A stretch of DNA of 64,000 bases from Ophelia neglecta (Eukaryota): positions 23,498,001 to 23,562,000 of the forward strand of contig OZ260663.1 in NCBI GenBank assembly GCA_965285935.1, in the 5' to 3' direction. Under the pieces are notes generated by a model that worked only from the letters and a program-made list of their open reading frames with translations, did not search any database and was not told the DNA's origin. The translations under genes and the position numbers were made by a program. Positions 53,409 through 64,000 of this stretch are shown here, piece after piece. Numbering within the stretch: position 1 is the first letter of the stretch; each line of letters begins with the position of its first letter.

Positions 53409-56400
53409 TCAGCTGGTGGTAGTGGTGGTAGTGGTGGTGGTGGTTGTAGTAGTGGTTTGCCTCTTCGACCTCCCTGGAAAAAGAAAAGAAGTCTCTAGGT
53501 GTGCTTTTGTTTAGGATACTTTTGATTATCTTATTATTTACACAATTGATGCATTTGACGCATAGCAATGACATAATTGATAAAGGGGTAAAAGGCTATA
53601 AGTCGCTTTTATTTTTATTGGTAATTGTATTTGATAATATTCATTCCTAAACCGTAAGTCAACTGTTTTCAATGCATTTACTATATTGTTTTAACCTAAA
53701 CATTCCAATATAATAAAGTTACTGGAAAATGAACTTGAAATGCATAAATGATTAATATTGAATAATTTAACATATAAAAACATTTTATCACTGGTTATAA
53801 GGTCATATGAAACTGCATATATTTGCAATTAATCGCTTGACTGTATAGCTAGGTGTGTTTTTAGCTTCATTTTTACAATAGCGATGGATTCTGAAGGCTT
53901 GACACCAGACGGGATGTCCTTCCACGGGAATCGGCCAGATAATTAACAAGAAGTAGGAACGCAATAAAAATAATTGGGCTGATAACGGATCTCTGCGATA
54001 CTACACACAGAAGCACTACTTGGATTATACCAACAACAAAACATTTAATCCTATGAACCCCCCCCCCCCCCCCCCCCCCATATGCAGAACCTGAAAGAGC
54101 ATATTTCAACATCTGATACCCTAGCCCTGGTTGTTGTTCACCATGGTCAATATTATCGGAAGTAGCGCTGATGCTTCGGATTGACCAATAAGCAGCGGAA
54201 CTCCACTTATTAATTATAGAACGGGAAAATTGAAGAGGATAGAAAAGCATCGTGGGGCAAGAGGGCCTATAGCGCATTTGAATGAGCAACTTTTGATGTG
54301 AGCACCATCTAGCGAGAAAGGAAATACTGTGCTACATGCTGGAATACTTTGGAAGGCAAGAAATTCAGGCTGTCATTTTCTCCTGCAGCCACACTCTTTG
54401 ATTACTGTCTTTCTCCGTTAAATAACCGATGAAAATAAGGCATGCAAACTTTGTCCCGGGAAGGGACAGTTTCAAGTTAAATTGTGCCCGAAAAAAACTT
54501 AATACTTAGCCCGGAATACAACGTGTGGATATTATGAAGGTCGACTTAAATGTCATGTTTGTTTCTCCTTAGCCGCACTTGAAACAATGCATCAACTCTG
54601 TGTCCTGTGTCCATCATTACACTATTACAGGTACATGTACTGTAGAAATCAAAGCCGATCGTCTTGCTCGAACAACATGAAGTTACAACACTAAGGAAGT
54701 TGACGCAACTCTTGCTTTGACATAACTTAGTTGTTCTTACGTCAAGGAGTTTATTTTATGAAAGTTCACACCCCAAAATGTATTTGTATAGATGCTACAT
54801 CATAACGTCAGCGATCAAGTATTTAAAAAAGAAAAAGAATATTTAATTATATTTCTCCAGGCGGATGGAGTTTTTTTCTCGGAATATTAGTAATGGTGAT
54901 CTGTGTAAGCTACAACTGATTGCGGCACTGCACTGTATATTTGAAATTTCATTTATAATGAACTGTACGCATTGTTTCGAAAAATGCTTTTAAACAAACA
55001 ACCATGGGTATCTAATGGGGTAAACATGAAAATCAAATAAGGAAGTAATGCTTATACATTTGGGATGAACTTTCGACCCATGTACAGTGATACTCCTAGC
55101 TATCAATAGGGCAATAGGCCTACGTCATCAGATACGGCAGGAATATACTAGGACTGATCGGCGATATGAATACGTTACCCTGATTAGAAGGCTTGCGTGA
55201 AACTTGCGCGGCGGAAAACAGGTACGATATACCTACCGCATAATTATAGCACGGCTTTAATAAGGAAGTTGCCTTTAGTTTTGAATATTATTAAATACGG
55301 TTCATAGGGGAATATCAATTGACCTTGATGATAACATACCTTTCATCCGAACGTAACTAGAGAATCCCCAATAGGCGGGAACATCTTTACACAAATCTAA
55401 TGCTTCATCACTAAGAAAGTAAGTGCGGGATATTGGAACTTTTCCAACGTCTATGGTCAAAACTATACTTTCGTCGTTCCTTGTCGAGTTGACTGCTGTT
55501 GTCTGTAATGAATATCCAAAACAGTAATATGATCACGTATATTGACCGGTGTCTGGATGTTTCGAGCGGGCGCCAGTTCGAGCGGTGGCTATATTGGTCG
55601 TTTCGCCAGTACGAGCGGTGGCTATACTGGTCGTTTTCGAGCGGGGCCATCACACGTTTCGAGCGGGGCCATTTCTAGTTGGCTATGATATTAAACAGTT
55701 CCAGTTATATGGGATACACTGTACACACGACTTTTCGATCGCGACGTCGGCTGATCGTATATATACATGGCGGACATGACTGCTAGGCAAGAGACGACCT
55801 GAATATTAAGTGAATAGCAAAAAAATAATACAGTAATATAGCTACATTATCAAGATTTTAGACTAACACCTATAAAACGCCCGCTCGAAAAGCCCCCGCT
55901 CGAAAAGTCCCCCGCTCGAAATCGTACCCCCGCTCGAACTGGCGCCCGCTCGAAACGACCCGGGACCTATTGACCTGGTAAGACACTACAGTGTTTCCGT
56001 AAAATGAGATTAAAGTAGTAACCCTGGAAATAGCAAGTAATTATTACAATTAACAAGGAAAACTTAAGATAACTGTGTCGAAATTAGCGTTTGCACCTGC
56101 AGCTGATAATGGACCTTCTGTTGACGATGATGTTGCATATGATATGATACGAGACGGGTTTTAAAAGAAAGTGTTTTATTCACTTGATCTGCAAAATGCT
56201 GAAGATTATCCAAACTGTATACTACGACTGAGTGTTATATCATTTAAATGGATGCTTTATTTTAACGTTTTCCCGTATAAGTTGGAAGGTTACTGGCATG
56301 TTTATGTAGGAATTCTAATATTGATTTACCCAAGCAACAAATTCTTCACCAGACTCAAAGATCCTGTCAAATTCCTTCGGGGAAGCAACACAAGCATCCA

Positions 56401-57782
56401 CGCCTGCAGGTTTCACGACCCGGATGTTCTGGAAATGAAATTGCAAGTGAACGCTTTCACATCATACATTACGAACAGATTTCCATCAACTTTCGTTTTT
56501 ATACTATCGCCACTTGATCGTTAGTATCACTTAACAATTGAATCAATTGCAATTTTAATAGATATTACACCGAATTCATATCAACCGCGAGTATATGAAA
56601 ACAAAAGGTAAAATAATTGTAAACCAAGTTAAAAATTAATAAGTATAACAGGTTTCTCACTCGCGCGTGATCGTCAATTACGTAGGCAACACCGGCTTCA
56701 CGTTCCATCTTGTAGACAGCGACAAACGTGTTGGGGTTTGCCTGTATAAACTCTCTGACTGAATGGCCTTGGTAGTCGACAAAATCGTATTCTAGCTGTT
56801 CAAACAAAAGATGCATTCAAGCAGTTCTTTCCAAAAAACAAACATGCATGTTACTTGAACATCAGCCGACAGCGGCTGATCGCAAGCCATGCTGCCGAAA
56901 GTGGAATATAAACCTAGAAGAGATTGCAGTGACATGCAGATCTGAAATTGAAGGTAAGGTAAGGAATGTTGATGCCATCTTCTACAACACATGCTAATAC
57001 AATTGTGCCACGTGTTAGGTAATAACCCAATAAGAAGCCAACAGTTTGGAGTGTCATCCTTTCCCGCCAATCAGGGCTCAGGATTTTGGCAAAGATTTTA
57101 CGCAGGTACGTAGTATTATCAACAGGGACCATAACACTATAAGATTTAAAATATGGTAAGACGGAGCAAATTTGGCTTTCAATAACAGGAAAAATAGAAA
57201 TCCATAATGTGTTCAAATTCATGAAAAGTATTAATAACCTACTTCTCTTTTATAATAATTAGCACATGTTAACATCGTCGATCAGCGTAACAAAGATTTG
57301 CGCTGATCCATTCAGAATGAGGTGAACCAGTAACGAGAAACAGGTCAGAGACTAAATTGTCAACCTTCTTAGCACTTACTGCTGGCAGTTTCTATCTTAA
57401 AACAGTGATCGGGATAGCAAAAGTTCTTCATATCGGGCAGGCACACCTTATGGACACACAATAAGCGTGCCCCCCCCCCCTCTCTCCCCCGTCGTCCCTT
57501 TCACTGATTCAACCGCAATGATTAGGTCAAAGTATCGTTTATAGTAACTAGGGACACTAAATTGTGCTGTAAATTGACTCCATAGTTTAATCAAATTCCC
57601 ATTGACTGTTTCTATACCATCAGTTGCGCTTATTGTACATTTTTATTTAAGAATTCACAATCTTGGCCTACCTGTCTCAGAGCGGCAGAATTATCGACCA
57701 TGCCACTGTCCTGTTCCGCATTCGTCGACAAGGCCAGGAGAAACGCCATGACCAAACATGACACTTGCCCTAACACAGACAT
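53409..57782 (-). CDS. Secreted BRICHOS-domain precursor A (190 aa): signal peptide - BRICHOS - RSKR - Q(T)14S
   Basis: Exons 57782-57672, 56795-56661, 56428-56330, 55502-55340, 53473-53409; all GT-AG, phases 0,0,0,1. Protein MSVLGQVSCLVMAFLLALSTNAEQDSGMVDNSAALRQ/LEYDFVDYQGHSVREFIQANPNTFVAVYKMEREAGVAYVIDDHAR/NIRVVKPAGVDACVASPKEFDRIFESGEEFVAW/TTAVNSTRNDESIVLTIDVGKVPISRTYFLSDEALDLCKDVPAYWGFSSYVRMKG/RSKRQTTTTTTTTTTTTTTS. BRICHOS hallmarks: conserved Asp (VIDDH), first Cys (DACV) and LCxxxPxYW. Confidence 0.85.
55548..55967. mobile_element. 420-bp foldback-type MITE with 8-bp TSD in intron 3 of BRICHOS gene A
   Basis: About 38-bp TIRs (core GTTTCGAGCGGGCGCCAGTTCGAGCGG) and subterminal TTCGAGCGG repeats. 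TATTGACC is duplicated at 55540-55547 and 55968-55975. Paralogue B has a single ATTGACC empty site near 62001. Confidence 0.9.
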
Positions 57783-57975
57783 CTGAAACAAATGGAACGT
57801 TATTATTTAATGTAATGCACTGAAAAATTTTGACGCACTATGAACATAACGAAATATAGTTGAATATAACATTTTTCATTGTAAAATTGCAGTATTAGGT
57901 AGGCATTATAAAGTATAACATAGACAAAAAAGAATGCTATGAAGTCCCAGCGTGCGACCTAATAAGGCTACTCAC

Positions 57976-58148
57976 CTGATACAGGAGAGAGAATATTACT
58001 TAATACATGTATAAGAAAACCTACCTTCAAAGATAAAGTAAGGATATAGAAAAGAGCCACTCAGCACCAGAACCCAGACGACGTTATGACAATGACTTGC
58101 CACGTTCTGTCGATGTCTGGCTACATTTAGGTTACATACTATTTTATA
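57976..58148 (-). promoter_or_regulatory. Putative TATA box and non-coding first exon of BRICHOS gene A
   Basis: TATAAAA at 58148-58142; strong donor CAG|gtgagt at 57976; the ATG exon is immediately preceded by acceptor tttgtttcag in both paralogues. Confidence 0.5.
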
Positions 58149-59401
58149 CTAAGAGGTAAACAACTGGTACACCTCGCGGTTCTCAGTGGAAATTAAACTT
58201 AGACTTTGGTTTTGTGTTATCTGGAAATCCTCATTAAACCACCATCGAGGCATTCTCTAAGAAATGAAAATGCGTCAGTGGCAAAGCTTCCAAAATACTG
58301 AAGTTGTTTGAAAAATAAACACACGGAGGCAATCAATGCGGGAAGTTACACTAATACAAAATAAAAATACTAACCGAGAGCCATGGGTTTCTAACGTGAA
58401 TATACTTATTAATGTAATGTACAACATGACAACACACCGATAGAGAGGTTGAGTATACTGTTTTTTTAAAGCCTTTGGTTAGTATGTATGATAGTTTGTT
58501 CCAGGCGACGCCCAACTCTGATATAATCAAATTGACCATTCAACAGCAGAATTTGCAGCAATTTGGCTTATGTGTTTTTATCGTATGTCCTGTTTCACGT
58601 TTGGCAAAAGTAGACAGCAATAGGCTGCAGTAAACCGTTAGGTTACTTTGCATATTCTGCATAAATTGCAAATAATCATGCACATGTGTTATTAACACTT
58701 ATGTGTGCCCGCTATGTACTAAGGACAAAAAGTGAGCATATCTACTAACAAGCTGCCTCTGAGTGCAAAGATTAAACTGCGGAGTTATTATGCTCGTGAT
58801 AAATCCCCCTTAAATCTCACTCAGACTAACGTAAGTAATGGAAGACACTTCACAGCACATGCTGCTGTCTTTACCACTGGTTGGCATGGCTTTTGGACAA
58901 AATGCTTATATCGGGCATGTGACTTCATCCTCTATTTTCATTTGACCTGACAACTCATCAAGATGCCTTTATATTTTGTGATTGATATCAAAAAAGCCTA
59001 TTGCGCACATAAGATATATTTTGAACTTTTGCCTTTCAAACTTTTACGGTTTGCCAGTACTTTCCCTGTTGTTTCGGCCTAGTTTTTTAATATAGCAAAC
59101 TTTGTAAACTTCATGAAATATTTGTCAGCGACTACCTTAGCTTCTGAAAGTGCTTTGCACTGTTTTTAATGGTAAATGAGATTTTTAATCAGTTAATGTT
59201 CTGTTACTTTCTCGATTAAATAGAACAGAATGTCCTAGAGCGAGAAATGTTTCATTTTTCTAACTTGAAGATTTTACCTTTTGCATGTTACTTATCGGCC
59301 CGACATCCTTTACTTTATTTGTACGTTAGATATGGGAGCTAATGTGATTCCTATTATATTTTGTAAAACAAAACAAAAACCAGTTCGTTTGGTTTAATCT
59401 C

Positions 59402-59407
59402 TTTATT
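59402..59407 (-). terminator. Polyadenylation signal of BRICHOS gene B
   Basis: AATAAA in the block conserved with 52577-52582, followed by TTTTG repeats. Confidence 0.65.
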
Positions 59408-60030
59408 CGGCGACTGTCATAGCACTGTACAAACAACTTGATCCAGTTAAACTTACCAAATAAGGTTTAATGTATAACTTTCATTGACTGTTTGCAATCA
59501 GCTCCTCTCCGTGACAATTGGCGAATACAGTGAATTAGTATACCTAACCTATTAGGAACAGATGACGTAGATATTGCTTTTCGTTTATCAGATAAACGGT
59601 CTTAACAGAGAGAACGTTAATCTTCTTATTTTGAAATGTGTTCCTTGTCTAGTGAGTCCTTAAAAAACCAAATAGCGAACAGTAATTAAAGGAGAGTTGT
59701 GTCTTTAAAAGAATCACGTAATATAAACAGTATTAATTATATCAATAATGTGTCGATTCGCTAGTTTTGTGTGTTAGTATTGATGGTTCTCCAACTCTGA
59801 CAAAACTTATTGTCATATTCAAACATACATCGATAAACGTAAAAGGTCTGTTGAGGATAGAAAACCGGGAGGCTACGGATAAAATTTAAGTTGGTTCTTT
59901 TAATTAGGAAATGTTTAGGCTTGGATTATAATTTTTATCTAATCGATAATGTTGTAAATATATCAACCAATAATAAGCTATAAAAGAACGACAGAATGAT
60001 GTTCTAATCGTTCTTGGCTTACTCCGGTTG

Positions 60031-63000
60031 TCAGCTGCCGACATTGATGAAGGCGGAAGTGGTTTTGCTGGTTTGCCTCTTGGACCTCCCTAAAAGAAGA
60101 ACATTATTCTGTAAGTGTGTCCTCGTTCAGCACATTTAAATTAACTTGTTATTTATGTAATATATTTAGTGATTAATTAGATGCATCGAGTAATGACTGA
60201 TTCAATAAAGGTTATTAAGATAAAATGCTGTCAGACGTACTATTTTTATAAGTAATTTCTATTTCACCCTGTTCACTTCAACACTGTAAGTCGATTAATT
60301 TCCTTCAATTCACTATATAATTGTACATTCTAATATAAAAAAGTTATAGGCATGAACTTGAAAATTAGATTAACATTGAATAACATAAATTCAAAAACAG
60401 CGAATCTTCACTGATTATATGGTCACATGAATATGCATGTATTTGCCATTAAAATATATAGATGAAATAGGCGAGTTTCCAGCTTTATTTCTACAACAGC
60501 AATGGAATCTGTAGGCTTGACACCAATGGGAGGTCTTCCACGCTAAACGGCCAGATAACGTTTAGAAGTAGGTAGAAACAATTGGAATTGGGCTTAGAAC
60601 GGATACCTGCGATACTACGAACAAAGGTTTACCGGAATGAATATGTTATCACAATTCCAATCCTATGAAAAAGCTCGTAGAAGGATGACCTGAATGCACA
60701 TACAGGCTGACATCTGACACCCCCGCTTTGGTTATGATTCTATCTAGTTCTACACCATGGTAATTATTATACAAGGCAACGCTGATGCTACGGATTGTTA
60801 AAACAACAGGAGAGCATACCCGGCAATTAAATACAAAATCGGGAATCAAGCATTTTTCATTATTCACCGGGAACCTGCAGTCGAAGTCACACTAACATCT
60901 ACCCCTAGCTTCCTAACAGTACAATTTGGTGACAAACTCGCGATACTAAAATCTTAAAACTCAGCCGTCTACTGCTGAGGTGTTCACAATTGATCGGGAT
61001 CATAGATCGCTTTTGCCATATGTATATTTCACCACAACCAATTGAGGGAGATTTATTTCTGAAAACCCCATGCGCAAACAAATCGATTAGTAATTATGAG
61101 GTTCTCGGTCTTAATAGCTACACAATCAACGAGTATCCTGTTTGACTGGAGGAAAAAAATGTCGGAAAAATAATCTTACAGCACCATCTTTGATTAATAA
61201 TCCCATACAAATATCTACCGTTAGTAAGGCAACCACACTGATTAATAAAATCACCTGTTATTATTTATCAGGTACTCAAATATTCTCTCAGCATCCAACC
61301 CACTGATATCTCGGATCATTTTCTTGCATATTGCAAGTTCGAAGACGGATATTTAGTTTATGTACCTAAGTGTTATATAACTCTTCTGACATTGTTTTAT
61401 GATTGAATTAACTAACTGGGAATCTATGATAACTCCAAATAAATTCGACACTGCATAATAAGTTGTTCGATATTTCATCTACGTGAACGTCTTGTTTCGA
61501 CAGATGCTTTTCTTTGCAGAGAGGGCAATAAACTACTCAAACAGAAGAAACCATCTGTTCTAACAAGCTATGACGTAATGCTTATATATTTTGATGACAT
61601 ATGTAAAGCGTCTAGCTATCAACAAGACACGGCGACAGGCAAATAATATTTCTTACAAAAAATTGTAAGAATTTAGATAATTATCCTGGTTACCGGGTAG
61701 AAATCAGTTGCATAATATCTAGCATGGCGCAGCTTTGATAGAATTTGACTCTGCTACACTGTTCGCACGAGCATATCGATACAGTTTAATGACAACTAAC
61801 CATTTGTCCGACCGTAGCTAGACTCCCAATAGACAGGAACACCTCTACACACATCTAATGCCTCATCACTAAGAAAGTCTGTACGGTATATTGGGAGTTT
61901 ACCCACGTCTATAGTCAAAACTATCCTTTCTTCGGTCCTTGTCGAGTTTTCTCCTGTTGCCTGTAATAAAATTGTATTAAACAATCTCATGGTCAGGTTA
62001 ATTGACCTCACAAGAAAAAGCAGTGTTTCTGAAGAATAAAATACAATTGTAACCCTGTAAATGTTAAATTTGTTACAATTTTAGCTACAAAAACGACCAA
62101 AATAGCCGTGATGTACAATAGCGTTTCGATTTGCCGCAGAGGTGGAAATCAATTTTGTTCGCTAAACGATGTATTTGAAGATAACATAATAGAGGCCGTT
62201 ATGGATTATGAGAGAAAACTTTATATAGGGAGCCATATATTCCCTTGCCCTACGGACTGCTGAAGAATAGCCAAAATCGATAAGTCAGAGCGCCACGTTG
62301 TTTGAATAACTGCTATTTTTAAAGTTCTTTTTCGTATCAGTAACAGTTTAAAGGTTCCTGTCATGTGTACATTCTGATATTAACTTACCCAAGCAACAAA
62401 TTCTTCACCAGAGTGAAACCTCTTGCCACACTCCTTTGGAGAAGCAACACAGGCATCGACGTCCGCAGGTTTCACAACCCGAATGTTCTGAAAATAAAAT
62501 TGTACGTACAAATTATTCACACCATTCTTTATATTGTGAGATGATTTAAGTGTGACTGCGGTTCGTCCACTCTAGTTTTTTTAAACATGTTCCCTTTACT
62601 TTTTTATAAGGCAAAATTAGCAAATATTGTTTGCAAATGCAACAGCAATTACACCGAATTCTTAATAGTCCCAGGTACATAAAATAAAGTAATATAGTGG
62701 TAACACAAGTTATCAATTAATAATTATAGCTGGTTTCTAACTCGATCGTGATCATCGATGACGTAATCGATTCCGTCTTCATTTTCCACCTTGTAGACAA
62801 CGACAAACGTGTTGGGGTTTGCTTGAATAACTTCTCTGACTGAATGCCCTTGGTAGTCGACAAAATCGTATTCGAGCTGTTTAAATGAAAGATCCATTTA
62901 TTAAAGCAGTTTTTGAAATGAAAACAAACTGTATGCCGAGTGTCCTGAGAGTAAAGAGTAATATAAGTCGGTACAATATTTTATGCAATATTCATATAAG

Positions 63001-63860
63001 ATAGCTGCGAATATTGGCGAGCATTAGATGTGGGGCCATATGTTTTTTGAGACAATGAGATAATTCAAGATCTCAAGAGGCAGACTTCTTATTTCTCAAA
63101 TTTCGGAGCTAGGTTATTTTTCTTCCACAGTGCTGGAAGTTCATTTTTAGATCTATGATTTCAGTACGTTTTTTCTGATGATTTTGATTGTTACTTGTTT
63201 AAATTAGCTGCTAGTTTTATTTGTCTGTTCTTATAGTTAATATTATGCTTGTAGGCCCTGATATAATAGGAAGAATAAAGATGATAATAATAATAATAAT
63301 CACAATAATGGTTATGACATGTGAAAATCTTCAATTATCTTAACAGCCATTGGTAATCATCAATTCAAAATGAGGAGAACCAGTGAAACAGGTCTGTGAC
63401 TGAAATGCCAACTTTCTTAGCGCGCGTAAAACAAACGGCAGCAGGAAAGCAGGAAAGCAGGAAAGCAGAAGGGAATCTGTCCTGCAGCAGGAAAGCGGCA
63501 GGAAAGCAGCAGGAAAACAGTAGGAAAGCAAAAAGTTGTTCTTATCGCCGAGGGAGAAATTTTGTTGGAGTGCGAATGAAACGTCGCCCCTTCCACCATG
63601 TACGTCTAGTCCTGCTTCATTCATTCCCAGTCATAAAGCCATAAAGGGACACTATTGTTTTAATTAACTTTAAAAAATCCCCAATGACTGTTTATATATA
63701 TACCATCGGATGTGTTTGCTTTACACTGTTATTTTAGAATTTAGAAGGTTTGCCTGCCTGTTTTTTCTTTGTCAACCATACCACTAACCTGTTCCCCCTT
63801 GGTCGAAGAGGCCAAGAGAAACGCCATGACCAATAAGGACACTTGCTCTAACACCGACAT
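60031..63860 (-). CDS. Secreted BRICHOS-domain precursor B (174 aa): signal peptide - BRICHOS - RSKR - QTSKTTSAFINVGS
   Basis: Exons 63860-63789, 62876-62742, 62487-62389, 61960-61801, 60089-60031; GT-AG, same phases as A. Protein MSVLEQVSLLVMAFLLASSTKGEQ/LEYDFVDYQGHSVREVIQANPNTFVVVYKVENEDGIDYVIDDHDR/NIRVVKPADVDACVASPKECGKRFHSGEEFVAW/ATGENSTRTEERIVLTIDVGKLPIYRTDFLSDEALDVCRGVPVYWESSYGRTNG/RSKRQTSKTTSAFINVGS. Confidence 0.85.
63438..63530. repeat. GCAGGAAA 8-bp tandem repeat in intron 1 of gene B
   Basis: About 7 exact or near-exact GCAGGAAA units; not seen in gene A. Confidence 0.8.
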
Positions 63861-64000
63861 CTGAAACAAATGGAACTGTATTTATTATAGTATGTTGAAC
63901 AATTAAGCAGCATTAAGAACATAACAAAACTAAATTTGAGCCTAGCCGTTTATTTTTTATTGTTGACTTGCATTATCAAATAGGCGCTAAAATAACGTAA

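Larger units (their letters stand above)
52490..64000. repeat. Tandem gene duplication, offset about 6.1-6.8 kb; second unit runs off the window end
   Basis: Exons, introns and 3' UTR of ~52490-57920 align collinearly with ~59350-64000. Confidence 0.9.

Noticed and set aside
53353-53574. ORF with a His/Tyr run (HYYNHHHHYHHYH), and the phase-0 reading ending in QDEL
   Set aside because: Alternative frames of the poly-Thr exon. Only the RSKR frame fits the phase-1 intron and shares its stop with paralogue B.
54617-54670. RARR-SALISTVHVPVIV-stop in the last intron of gene A
   Set aside because: Needs a weak GAG acceptor, has an upstream in-frame stop and has no homologue in B.
56792-57222. ORFs of 92 and 102 aa in intron 1 of gene A
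   Set aside because: No recognisable motifs and not conserved in B.
60615-61090. Cys-containing peptides in the last intron of gene B (KRSMIPINCEH...VCHQ; CDFDCRFPVNNEKCLIP...)
   Set aside because: Tempting as antimicrobial-type cargo, but the splice phase is wrong or a stop intervenes, and gene A has no counterpart.

Overview
Eukaryotic (invertebrate, probably lophotrochozoan; inferred from gene and repeat families only) AT-rich genomic DNA with GT-AG introns. Left to right: (1) a two-exon rhodopsin-class GPCR (+, 2558-4222); (2) about 18 kb of non-coding DNA with MITEs and poly-G/C tracts; (3) a two-exon Msx/msh homeobox gene (+, 22576-26090) with two eh1 motifs; (4) about 26 kb of non-coding DNA holding a young, 5'-truncated non-LTR retrotransposon (-, ~43402-48080) with an intact APE-RT ORF2; (5) two tandem minus-strand paralogues (53409-57782 and 60031-63860) that the ORF track only shows in fragments. 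Hand splicing gives five coding exons each: signal peptide + BRICHOS domain + RSKR furin site + short C-terminal peptide. The released peptides are not the cationic, disulfide-bonded hairpins of known BRICHOS antimicrobial precursors: one is Gln-Thr14-Ser, the other QTSKTTSAFINVGS. Both genes also carry a candidate alternative last exon. This BRICHOS pair is the most unusual system in the window. All gene models are manual predictions without transcript evidence.
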